64,000 nucleotides of DNA, taken from Stylophora pistillata (lineage: Eukaryota). The notes under the pieces were generated by a model. The model had not been told where the DNA came from. It did no database searches and was given only the letters and a program-made list of their open reading frames with translations. Made by a program: the position numbers and the translations under genes. Position 1 is the stretch's first letter, and every line of letters starts with the position of its first letter. Below are positions 52,704 through 64,000 of this stretch, piece by piece. The DNA lies in NCBI RefSeq assembly GCF_002571385.2, contig NW_019217855.1:755927-819926 (forward strand), in the 5' to 3' direction.

Positions 52704-53712
52704 CCCTTCAGAGCGAGGGCTGTCAGTGTTCTTTATAATGAGAATATCCAGGCATACTGGTGTAATCTCATTGAGATTGTCTACAGAGACCATTCAGGTT
52801 ACTGGTTTCTTGACACTTTGGAGACCTGACATAATGCGGTGCATAATGCTTCTGCAGAAAGTGGAAGTGCAATGCCCCAAGTTCCATAAGATGTGGAAAC
52901 AGAGATTACTAAAAGCAGAATGGGCCAACAAGGCTCACCTTTTTAAAGCAAACATGATGACTAAACTTGGGAAGGACCTCAACAGGATGATAAGCACATT
53001 GTGTCATACAATTCTTGGCTTTGCACTCAAAGGACAAACATTGAAAATACCTGATAACTGTTTATCTATTTGAAGACAAATTCCAAGAAATGTGTAAAGG
53101 AGATAAGTAGATCCTTCTCCAGTCAATCTTTATCCATCCCTTGTACTAATGTTTCAGGTTTATAGTTCACAAGTTAGTTTTTACTTCTCTTTGAAATTTT
53201 AAAACCAATATTTCACCAAATAGGTTATACGAAATAGAGAGGCTTTCAAGTACAGGGTGTTATTTTGATTTATCAATAAAATTGTCTAATTTGTTCACCA
53301 GAAAGTATGTAGTGAGAGGGTAGAATTCATAATTGTTTGGTTTATCCTTTCATGCTTAACCATTCCTAGGGTATCCACAGAAGAACAGTTTACGACCTTC
53401 ACATCCCATTTAACCTACTGGTTAAACCTTAGAGAAAGGTGATTGATGTTGCAAGTAATTTTATGTTTTATCAACTGTTTCATGTCATTAATCAGACACA
53501 GCTTACCAATATTAAACCAACAATATCAATTACAGTGGTTCCCTCTAGAAGGTCAACATCCTATTTTCTAGATATAGCAAAAACAAGAGGCTTACATAAC
53601 TGGTCAAACAAGTTTTAATGGGTTTTGTACAGAAACATCACAAAGTTGATGTTGAATGTTACCATTTTAACACAAACTCTTGTAAAAGTTTGACAAAGAT
53701 TTGTGATTTCTT

Positions 53713-55630
53713 CTACAGTCCCAACTTGGTTCTACGCCAGTGACGTCTCTTAGCATTGTATCTGAAACCAAACAAATGTAGGAATGGGTCAATAACCTGA
53801 ATTTGGATGCTCACAATGCAACTGTCAACCTTCACTTCAGAACTAAATTTTCTCACATGCTGAACAAGATTACTAAGGTTCTTGCTGATGTTAACTACTA
53901 TGGTAGTGAAAAGCTAGTAGGAGTCATGTCTGACAAATTCCAAGCGTTAGTAATCATTCATAACATTAAAAGCTGTTGACAATTAAATTTACTCAAATTA
54001 CAAGAATATTTCAATAGGTGAAAAACTGTGAATTTGCAGTCGGGTAGACATTAAATTTCATTCAGTAGGAAAAAAAATTCAAGTAAATAACACATCTGAG
54101 AATCCCATATCACACTGTCTGGATGCTAACCAACATGCTTCTCCTACAGATAAAGATTTCTTCTCAGATGTGGAAGTATCTTTTGTTATGTTCATGTTGA
54201 TTACTTTAAACACCCGAGAAGAGTTTGGTTTCCCCACAGGTAGCCCAAGCTCTCTATATGACCACACAAGGAACAAAATATGGCATATTGACTCCTAAGG
54301 AATTGTATGGGATTTTGTACTAGATATCCATGGAGATAGTTAAAAGTGAAAATATTCAAGAAAAATGGCTTACCTTATTCCATACATGTGTTGTTTGCTC
54401 CTGGTGTTGTTATTTTACCAATTTAACTTGATTTAAGTGATTTTTTTAATCCTTGTTTTCTCTTCTTAAAGAAAAGCAAAGGTTGGAACCATGACAGTCG
54501 ACTACCTGAGATATGGTCTCAGTGTTTGGGCCAAAACATAAAGTTAGAATGTTTCAAATCCCCTCAAACTACCCCTCTGCCATGTTCGATAATCGTCCTA
54601 GATAGCCAATGGAAGCAAAATACTCAGTCCCCAATACTCGAAGAATAATTTGCCACGAAAGTTCCATTTCATTGCCCTCAACTCGTATCGATTGAAGCTT
54701 GGATCCATAAGCTGTGCAACCAATCAACTTGCTTAATTGTTAACCGACTCCGAAGTGGGTTCACTAGGTGTTCTGGGGTCAGTTTTCAAGATGACAACTA
54801 CTTCCCCGCCCTCCCCCAGAACCTGTAAAACCTACAAACAAAACACACGCTTACAGGTCCTAGGTTGGCTATCTAGGATGATTATCGAACAAGGCAGAGG
54901 GGCAGTTTGAGGGGATTTGAAGCGTTCTAACTTTATGTTTTGGCCCAAACACTGAGACCATATCTCTGTTGTTGACCACCCTGGTTTCCAACCTTTGCTT
55001 CTCTTTAAGAAGAGAAAACCAGGATTAAAAAAATCGCTTAAATCAAGTTAAATCGGTAAAATAACGACACCAGGAGCAAACAACACACGTATGGAATAGG
55101 TTACGCCATTTTTATTGAATATTTTCTCTTGTAACCACCTTCATGGATATCTAGTAGAAAATCCCATACAAATCCTTATAAATCGATATGCCATATTGTG
55201 TTTCTTGCGCGGTTCATATAGAGAGCTTGGGCTACCTGTGTCTTCCCTTGCTAAGCTATTGGGTTTAACAAGCTTCTAACATAAGGATCGCATACTGCAC
55301 TCGCATGTATAGTTTAATAGTAACCCACCTTATGGTGTTTCCAGTCCTGAGCCTCACCCATTGAGGGATAGGCCTGTTCTGTTTCATTTTCTTGCCCAAC
55401 ACTCTCTTAATTTTGAAGCTTTTGTGGGACGGCTACAGTAAGGAAATTAGAACAACATAAACTTAACCACGGTACACCACCGTGAAATTTTGCAAAGTTA
55501 GCGCTCTCTTTGGCCATCTTGCTGCAATCGCGAGCGAATCCAGTCAATAATACTTTAATCAATGGATCTAGTGGAAGAAACCTACTTTACGTATTTCTAA
55601 ATAAGACAAATATGACTCAATGCTCACCAT
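53713..55630 (-). CDS. RPL39: 60S ribosomal protein L39 (eL39), 51 aa
   Basis: Exons 55628-55630 (ATG), 55329-55432, 53713-53761 give [51 protein letters not shown]. Pyrimidine (TOP/TCT-like) tract on minus at about 55667-55680. Confidence 0.97.
54235..55240. mobile_element. Foldback DNA transposon with about 375-bp inverted arms and CACAG...CTGTG termini, in RPL39 intron 2
   Basis: 54235-54609 is the reverse complement of 54865-55240, with a spacer of about 255 bp; no exact TSD visible. Confidence 0.85.
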
Positions 55631-55759
55631 TTTGAAAAATAGCTCGCTCACTCTTCAAGATGGCGTCTGAAAGAAAGAATTTTGGCGTGAGGGGACTGGT
55701 ATGGATCACCAATTTTTTCCCAAGAATCTTTTCCGCCGGAGCACGCCATTGTAAACAAG

Positions 55760-57258
55760 ATGTCTACCTCGGAGATAGCAGCAGCGCAGAATGCAGATTT
55801 AAGTAGAGCTCACGATGAAGAGGTTGATGTGGAGAACGGTGCTTCAAATTTGAAGCGGAAGAGAGCATCTTCGCTTGATGGTCGGCCTCGTCATCAGTGG
55901 AAGTTTTGGTGAGAGGAACCCTTTTTAAATTTACAACTGTAACTCCCTAATTATCTTCTTGGGTATGATTGTCGTCAAGGTAGATCAGAGCAGTTTTCTA
56001 TCACGAAAACTGGCCTGTCGGACCCTCTTCGGGTCAGCCAGTTTTCATGCTCGTGTTTTAACTACTTATACAGCAACGTACAAAACCGTAACTTGTACTT
56101 GCATAGTTTAAATACTGCCTTTTTGTGTAACTCGTTGATTCAGTTCCATGAAGCGCAGTGCGTGCCTTAGGGAAAGGATCTTTGTGAACGAAAAAAAAAA
56201 AATGAAATAGTCTGCAGTCCGTTAAGAACACACTTTTTATTGGTTTACCACCCACCCCTCTGGCCAACCATATCTAACTTTGGTCTTGTTTTAGGCTCTT
56301 GAGGAATTATGCTCATTCACAAGGAGGCATGACGTTGTTTAATGAAATTGTTGAACATGCTGACAAAGAGAAAGACAGCTTGCGACTGGAAACCTCTGCA
56401 AATCCTAAACTTGTTGGTGACCTCATCAGTGCTTTGTGGGGTGATAAAGTCAAGAAAGTCAGAAGAGGACAAAGAATCGACAGAAAATACTGTGTGCTGA
56501 ATCTTATTCGAAAACAAGGACAAACTGTGCAGCCCCCAGACTATGATGTTACAAATGATTTTCAGCAGTTGGCTAAAAATGATACATTTCAATTACCAAT
56601 AGGTTGGTATAAGGTTGTGGACAATCCTTGTAGAATTAGTTTTGTTCATCCTGAGCCTTTGGAATTTGGAAACCAGCGGATTTATAAAGAGATAGTGATG
56701 GAATTATCTCCAGAGAAAAATGTATCTTTCATTGTCAAGTCTCATTCATGTGAGCTCCATTTGTCCACCCTGAATGTTGAAAGAATTGTTAAAGATTTGA
56801 CTGTTAGTGAAAAAACTGAGGTTGTTTTGGATTTTGTAAACACTTCTAAGTTATGTCTGGGGTGCATTCTTCCTGAAGATGACTCAATTAGGTCTCTAAT
56901 ACCACATCAAACTGGAGTCCTTAAAACGTTAAACAACAGTGAAGTTCTAACACAGAATAGAGCTTTTTCTTCAAAGTGTCAGTTGTTTGTCTGTTATGCT
57001 GGAAAACAATGTTCAAAGTGCAGTGGAGTCTCAAGAACTTACAAGAGAAGGAAAGGTAGAAGAGAAACAGGGGAATCCTTTCACAAGCACTGCAACAAAA
57101 GGTATCTTACAAAAGATGAAATATTCCAACAGTTGCAAGAGCAGAGAAAATTGAACAGGAAGCATGATCAAGAAAAAGAAGACGATCAAAGTCCAGGAAG
57201 TGAGGATGGTGAAAGCAATACAAGCGATGATTCTGGCACGGAAGAGGAGAAAGATTGA
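55760..57258 (+). CDS. Uncharacterised 370-aa protein: NLS, RFX-type winged-helix-like domain, Cys cluster, acidic tail
   Basis: Exon 55760-55908 (MSTSEIA...LKRKR...WKFW) splices in phase 2 to 56295-57258. The joined sequence WLLRNY...VGDLISALWGDKVKKVRRGQRIDRKYCVLNL parallels the RFX DBD pattern WLLDNY...FGKLIRSVF.GLRTRRLGTRGNSKYHY.GL. Confidence 0.75.
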
Positions 57259-57789
57259 CTTGAAAGTTTAAAATAAGGCTTACCATTTTGAACTTCATGT
57301 GACCATCAGTGTAGGGATTTTTTGTTTGGGTTGGAAAAATGGTACACATGATTTTGATTTTGTTTGCGACTGTTTTGGATAGGACATGACAGGACAGAAA
57401 CTGAGGGTGCTGTAAGTACCTCCCGTTGTCCCCCATAAATCCTTTATAAAATTTTCTAAGGATTTTTGAGCGAATATATGAGGTACTCAAAGTGTGTACA
57501 GCTTCTGTCCTGTCTTGGATTGAGGAGGCCTGGGTGGAATTCTCGAAAGCCAACTAGGTGTTAGAAAAAAATAGTGACTAGATTGGCAGCAGAAGTTGCT
57601 AATTGGTGTGTTGAGTCAACAGTAATGTTGTAATGTAGTAGAAAGAATCTTATATTGATTACTGATGAACTTTGAACTTTTACAAAATTGATTATGTACC
57701 CCCTGAGAGGCTCCATTTTGTGTTCAATTCCTTAATTTTTTTTTTAAATTGAAATTATGAGTAAAGGAAAACAATACAGGCTTCTTTCA

Positions 57790-57970
57790 CTGGCAAGGAT
57801 CATACCTTAACTTAATTTCCATCCACAGGTGAACTTTAATGTATTTCATTAAAATTATAATCAGATCCCTCTATGGGGAACAAGTTCCCTTTATCAGGAC
57901 ACATGGGTTTAAATCCTGTCAAAGCCTGAATTTTTTTCCAGGCCTCTTCTCTGGAACTGCTTAAATTGCA
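57790..57970 (+). repeat. Degenerate relative of the tRNA-containing 251-bp repeat family
   Basis: ATGGGTTTAAATCCTGTCAAAGCCTGAATTTTTTTCCAGGC...CTGCTTAAATTGC matches the T-arm/terminator/hairpin part of the unit. Confidence 0.5.
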
Positions 57971-59128
57971 AGCCTTTCTACAAGTATTGCAAAACAATGT
58001 TGTTAAAAAATGTGAACAAACCAAGACAACCAGACACTTAGATGAAAGAACAAATGAGACTGCCCTGAGAAAGAGGAAGAACTGCTTTTTTCAGAGGCCG
58101 TGTTTTACAAGCAAAATTCAAATTTCTGTGCAGACAAATAAAGCCAGTTTCTAAATAAATAGCATTAAAAGCAAGACGTGGGACAAACTGCTTGAGGTTA
58201 TTTCCAGAATAAAAATAATCAATCAACATTGACGGATCGTCTGATGAGATAGCTTTATCCGTCTAATATTGATCAACATAAGAGGCACGGTCCAATTATG
58301 TGCATTGAGACATTTTTACCCAATTAAGGAGGCTATGGCATGTTTTTTTATACCATTCCGTTTGATTTGAGTGCTTTTGTCCATTTCAAACTTTCTGACT
58401 GATTTCAGTCTTATTTTGAATGCTATTGTTTGTTTTTGGCTCCTTTTGTGTGCCTGTGGACAAAAGTGCCCGGCTTTGGACCTCATCGTCCAATTTCATA
58501 TGTTCTATCTGTGAATAATTCTGTTTGATTCTACATATTTTTGTATTATTTTATTTCCCATCTTTTCTTGAAAAGGATAGTTTCATGGAGGGACAATGTA
58601 ACTAAGCATAGGCCATTATAAGAATTGTTTTAACTGTAGAGAGGGTCTAATGATAACTTCCCTGCAGATCGAAACTAAGAAAACCAAACTCAGTAAACCC
58701 AAGTTAAGCCGAATTTTTTTTCCAGTGACGTCAGTACCTTTGCGTGACGCACTCAAAGCTGACGCTTCTCCCCAGAGGCTAAAAAGAAAGAGCGAGAGAG
58801 CTTGCGGTAAAGGAATTATTGTTCGGCTAAATATGGGAATAGAAAATCAACGTTACCATCACCTTGCGCTATCCTAATACGCCGATTAATTCGAAGCTTC
58901 AACCTCCCCCCCAGGCAACCATGGCGCATTTGATTGTTGTCTGTTTCCGGGGGTGGGGAATTTGAGCCTTGACTGGGTGGGATAGGGTATTTGAGCCGGG
59001 AATGTTAAATCTTTCCAGCGTGTTAAAATTGTCTCATCCACATAGCAATATCAAAGAAAAAAAAAACAATTTTTGGGCGCAAAGGTTGAACGTAGCAAGT
59101 TTTTCAAGGAAACTGCAAATCTCAAGGA

Positions 59129-61838
59129 CGTAAAGACAGCAGAGTGACAATAACTCTCAAAAAAGAAACAACAACTTTGAGTTTAAATTTACAAGACATG
59201 TTTCGACATTCTTATGTCATCTTCAGTTGCAAATGAGCATTTAACTGTTGTACATTTGAATTTAAATTAATCAATTAATTACTGGTTCTCAACCAGCCAG
59301 GTTTTATGGGCTACCTAAAATGCACAAGGCTCGGCAGCCTAATGAAACACCTCCTTTTCGACCCATAGTATCTTCAATAGGTACCTACAATTACAATTTA
59401 TCTAAGTTCCTTTGTAATCTTCTAGAGCCACATGTCCCGCGTGAATACAACGTCCGCGACACGTTTTCTTTTGTACATGAAATCAACCAGTTATCAACCT
59501 CAGGGAAGTTCATGGTATCTTTCGATGTTGAGAGTCTGTTCACTAGTATACCTCTTGATGAATGTATTGATCTGGCGATCAGATACATTTATCAAGGTAA
59601 CCCTGGTCTTAAGATAAACGCCGCTGACCTAAAAACGCTTTTTACCTTCGCAACAGCTGAGACTGGTTTCTTGTTTAAGGGTGTGTTTTATGATCAAATA
59701 GATGGGGTTGCCATGGGGTCCCCACTTGCTCCAGTACTTGCAAACCTCTTTATGGGACATCATGAAAAAAACTGGCTAGATAACTATTCATTCTCTGAAG
59801 TTCTGTTCTACAGACGCTATGTTGATGACACCTTTTGTTTGTTCAATAGCGAGGAGGACGCGCTCGTGTTCTTTGATTATATCAACGCCAGGCATCCTAG
59901 TATTCGTTTCACAATGGAAAAGGAAATTGATAAGAAATTATCGTTTCTAGACATATTGTTAGACAACAATCATACATCCATCGTCACTAGTGTATATCGC
60001 AAGAAGACGTTTACTGGCCTTCTTACTAATTATTTCAGCTTCGCCCCTTTGATTTACAAATTAGGTTTAGTCAGAACGTTGATTGACAGAGCATACAAGA
60101 TCAATAATTCCTGGGTTGGTTTTCATCTGGATGTCAAGAAACTTATTTTCNNNNNNNNNNNNNNNNNNNNNNNNNNNNNNNNNNNNNNNNNNNNNNNNNN
60201 NNNNNNNNNNNNNNNNNNNNNNNNNNNNNNNNNNNNNNNNNNNNNNNNNNNNNNNNNNNNNNNNNNNNNNNNNNNNNNNNNNNNNNNNNNNNNNNNNNNN
60301 NNNNNNNNNNNNNNNNNNNNNNNNNNNNNNNNNNNNNNNNNNNNNNNNNNNNNNNNNNNNNNNNNNNNNNNNATTGATCTGGCGATCAGATACATTTATC
60401 AAGGTAACCCTGGTCTTAAGATAAACGCCGCTGACCTAAAAACGCTTTTTACCTTCGCAACAGCTGAGACTGGTTTCTTGTTTAAGGGTGTGTTTTATGA
60501 TCAAATAGATGGGGTTGCCATGGGGTCCCCACTTGCTCCAGTACTTGCAAACCTCTTTATGGGACATCATGAAAAAAACTGGCTAGATAACTATTCATTC
60601 TCTGAAGTTCTGTTCTACAGACGCTATGTTGATGACACCTTTTGTTTGTTCAATAGCGAGGAGGACGCGCTCGTGTTCTTTGATTATATCAACGCCAGGC
60701 ATCCTAGTATTCGTTTCACAATGGAAAAGGAAATTGATAAGAAATTATCGTTTCTAGACATATTGTTAGACAACAATCATACATCCATCGTCACTAGTGT
60801 ATATCGCAAGAAGACGTTTACTGGCCTTCTTACTAATTATTTCAGCTTCGCCCCTTTGATTTACAAATTAGGTTTAGTCAGAACGTTGATTGACAGAGCA
60901 TACAAGATCAATAATTCCTGGGTTGGTTTTCATCTGGATGTCAAGAAACTTATTTTCTTGCTACGGAAAAATTGTTTTCCATCTTGGGTCATAGACAAGA
61001 TCATTTACAGGTATCTAGCGAAGAAAAAGAATCCTCCTACTGGGCAGAACGCCTCTTCTAACTCCGGTAAACCTTCTGCGCACTATTATAAACTTCCCTA
61101 CGTTGGTCGGTTTTCGAACATCGCTCAGACTAAGTTAAGACAACTACTCAAACGTTATTGTAGAACTGATTTAGATATTAAGTTAGTCTTCAGTACGTTT
61201 AAACTCAGAAACATGTTCAGTGTGAAAGATTCAGTACCGCTGGGTCTACGTTCGCGTGTCATATATAAATTTTCATGTGCTGGCTGTAATGTCAGTTATA
61301 TTGGTGAGACCACTCGCCACATTTGTACACGAGTTCGTGAGCACCTCTTGTCGGACAAAACTTCGCATATTTACAAGCACCTGCAATCATCAAGGGCCTG
61401 TCTTGACTCTTGTGATACTGAATGTTTCACGATCTTAGATTCTGCCCCTTCAAAATACCAAATTAAGATCAAAGAGGCATTGCATATTAAGTGGGAAAAA
61501 CCTATCCTTAATCAGCAATTGAAACATCTAGAATTGTCTCTTTCCTTTTAATGATGTTGTTCCTTGGTCTTTTAATTTATTTTTATTATTATTACATTTA
61601 TTTATTTATTTTTTATTTATCTATTTATTTTTTGATCTAGTCAAGCGCTCGCTATTTACATCTTTCGCGTTTTTAACATTCAAATGTAACGTAAGCACTG
61701 ACACGTAGTTTGTAACGTACCCTTATTTAAATTCAAATGTACAACAGTTAAATGCTCATTTGCAACTGAAAATGACATGAGAATGTCGAAACATGTCTTG
61801 TAAATTTAAACTCAAAGTTGTTGTTTCTTTTTTGAGAG
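59129..61838 (+). mobile_element. Penelope-like retroelement (Penelope/Poseidon type), 5'-truncated, with an inverted pLTR
   Basis: RT motifs FYGLPKMHK, RPIVS, SFDVESLFT, QIDGVAMGSPL, RYVDD; GIY-YIG VIYKFSCAGCNVSYIGET...RVREH...KIKEALHI (ORF ends 61551). 59154-59267 is the inverse of 61725-61838. TSD AAATCTCAAGGA at 59117-59128 and 61839-61850. Confidence 0.95.
59190..59231 (-). ncRNA. Minimal type I hammerhead ribozyme in the Penelope pLTR (second copy 61761-61802 +, core mutated)
   Basis: TGCAA-CTGAAGA-TGAC ATAAGAAT GTC-GAAA-CATG-TC-TTGTA: CUGANGA and GAAA cores, stems I and II, palindromic ACATGT stem III. Confidence 0.8.
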
Positions 61839-62080
61839 AAATCTCAAGGAGTTGTTTACCCAGCCCACCCCGTTGGGTACTACTCGTGAAACGTACGCAA
61901 TTGTGTCACGTGACTAGTAAATTAATAACGGAAAAATGTCGCTACGCGTAAGCTTGAAAATATAAAAATTATCGTTGTTTTATAGTCAACTTTCACCGGT
62001 TAAAGCTTTTGAAATTCCCTTTTCTTGTAGGTTACTATCTAGAACAGTAAATTTGGAGGTAAATTCGAAAGGAAAAAGTG

Positions 62081-62386
62081 ATGGTTATGAACAACGAATC
62101 GCAGAAAACAGGATCGCCAACGCAGGCACGACAACTTGCCGAAAGCGACGACATAGCAAGTAGTTTAGTGTTGGACTCTATGCTCGGCTTCACCACACAC
62201 AAAATGGCAGCACGATTTCGGCCTCTTAAAGTCGATCAAGAGGTGGTGAGGAAGGCACTGGAAAGATATCGTCAGGATGGAGATTTGGAACAAGCCTACA
62301 ACGAAATCGTATTCAACGCTGGGGATTGGGGAAGATGTTATTTCATCACTAAATCTAAACCTCAAATTGCGGCTTTCAAAGAACAT
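62081..62386 (+). CDS. KMT5B: First coding exon of the histone H4K20 methyltransferase SUV4-20; gene continues beyond the window
   Basis: ARQLAESDDIASSLVLDSMLGFTTHKMAARFRPLK...FKEH matches the SUV4-20 N-terminus ([26 protein letters not shown]); acceptor at 62030, donor GTAAGT at 62387. Confidence 0.9.
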
Positions 62387-64000
62387 GTAAGTGGAACAGG
62401 CTTGTAATCATACTCGCACGTTAAAAGCGTCAAATTTGCTTTATTCTTGGATATTTGGATAAGTATAGGACGCTTAAAACAAATGTCAAACTTGCAATCC
62501 GCTCTTTGCATTCAAGCAATCTTCCGTCTAAGCGCGTGTTCGTCATTGTGCGACGATCTTTGGTCAAACTTTTGTGCGTTTCTAATTAATTTATGCGGAA
62601 TCGATTCTGCAGATTACTTTAAGACTCATCGTAGATTTTGGTAACTGTCTGTAATGTGCATGTAGTTTTAGATCCGACCTCTTCCTTTTCTCAAGTAGGT
62701 TTTTTTCTTAACTGTAAGAATTTCGCTTTCCACATCCCTCCCACTTCCGTCGCCATAATGGCAGTTGGGATGACGTAATAGTTTTTGCTGAGTTACGCAT
62801 CGACGGTTTCACAGTGGCAATCACTTCCTGTTAGTGCAGTACATCGAGCTCGTGTAAGCAAACTTTGGTGAAAATTATGTACGGTGAAGACCACACATGT
62901 CCAACTTAAGTAGGGATCTTTCTGGCTAAATAATTACAAGGTGCTATTTACACAAGTGGAACTCCAGGGTTGTGGTCCAAGTAATCTTATCATCAGTTAT
63001 TTGTATATTTGTCCTTAACTCCAAATGGATTGATGAAAGGCACAATACTGTGAAAAGTGAAGTAATGAACTGGCACCATGCAATATTAGTCTATTCACCA
63101 CTCAATCAGCACTTCACCTTACAGAATCAGCAATTTCTCTCTTCATTTTGTCTTTTTTTAACTGGAAATTGTTTTGACTTGGCTTCTTATGTTATTGAGT
63201 TGTACAAGCACATGTACTTGATAGAAGTTTATTCTAAAGTTTTTTTTGTTTCCTCAAATTTCATTAGTCAATATTATCTCAATTGGTGGGTCAATCTCTG
63301 TGTGTGAGTGTCACCAAGTGAAAAACTTAATGAACTTTGACATATTGTTTATGCATAAGCTAGATATATAGGCAGTAGGATTGTTTTGGATTGCACTACA
63401 CGTAACCAAAGCAGAAGAACGTCTCTTTGCATCAATGAATTCCTAGTTATCTAGGTAGATTAGGACAGATTAAACTTCTGTCGTCTTCAGTTACCATTGT
63501 GGATGGTATGATCAGCAAATGATTGCTGTTTACAGTTTTTGGTCTTTTTGTGGACAGGGCTCTTCCAGAGTGTTAAGTAAGCTTTGGACATTGCAAAATT
63601 CTCAAGCTACAGTGTGGTTTATTGAATTCTCTGGGTAAATTTCAATGGCCTGAGTTACTTTTTTATTCACACATGTACCACATTCTTTATTTACTTTAAA
63701 CTCTTCTCCAGAAACTTAACTAAACCCTATACACCCTAAAATTGGTATTGATATTCTCTATGCTGTTCTCTATATATTTTCTGATACTACACTGACAAGG
63801 GGAATTTGTTTGACATTCAAGAACTTCTTGAATTGATGATCATTTCCTTTATTTACATGACATTTGTATTTGATTCAAGGTTGATACTGTTGGGCAGGCA
63901 CTCACTGGGTTGGGACTTTTACTTTCTAGATCTTGTAACAATCCATCATGATCTTCATAGCACTGAGTTTCATTTCATTGTATTTGCATTTTGATGAATC

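Noticed and set aside
52726-53073. 115-aa ORF after IFTAP
   Set aside because: Lies in the 3' UTR, starts at GTG and has no recognisable motif.
54090-54171. Hairpin (CACATCTGAGAA/TTCTCAGATGTG) in the RPL39 intron as a SNORA69-like snoRNA
   Set aside because: No convincing H and ACA boxes or second hairpin; could be a small MITE remnant.
49786-58700. RAG1/RAG2-like or Transib transposase genes near IFTAP/NWC
   Set aside because: No RAG1 core, DDE or kelch-PHD coding sequence is visible in the window.
59566-60957. Apparent duplicated RT domain in the 743-aa Penelope ORF
   Set aside because: 59566-60150 is repeated, apparently identically, at 60373-60957 on either side of an N gap: an unmerged contig overlap. 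The real ORF remnant is about 474 aa from the first Met.

Overview
Eukaryotic, AT-rich, intron-rich animal DNA. The gene set and repeat families point to a stony coral (Pocillopora/Stylophora-like; inference). There are three assembly gaps (21546-21880, 29929-29939, 60151-60372). Genes reconstructed by hand from GT-AG splice sites and phase: (1) 3' part of a large low-complexity protein with a short coiled coil and one EGF domain (+, 490-9405); (2) a filamin-NHL protein with no RING/B-box (+, 15046-17027); (3) Caprin-1 (-); (4) an orphan TMEM53-like exon (+); (5) SYCP3 (+); (6) DNAI7/CASC1 (-), head-to-head with (7) IFTAP/C11orf74/NWC (+); (8) RPL39 (-, missed by the ORF track), head-to-head with (9) an uncharacterised protein with an RFX-type winged helix and a transposase-like Cys cluster (+); (10) first coding exon of SUV4-20/KMT5B (+). 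Mobile DNA includes a 5'-truncated Penelope with an inverted pLTR, hammerhead ribozyme motifs and a 12-bp TSD; CR1/L2 LINE fragments; SINEs; several MITEs; a Kolobok-type element carrying an RFX X-box; and a 1-kb CACAG-terminated foldback element. The most unusual items are a 251-bp tRNA-Thr-containing unit inserted as circularly permuted inverted/tandem arrays with 13-bp TSDs (Penelope-like architecture), and the RFX-like gene next to a ciliary gene pair.
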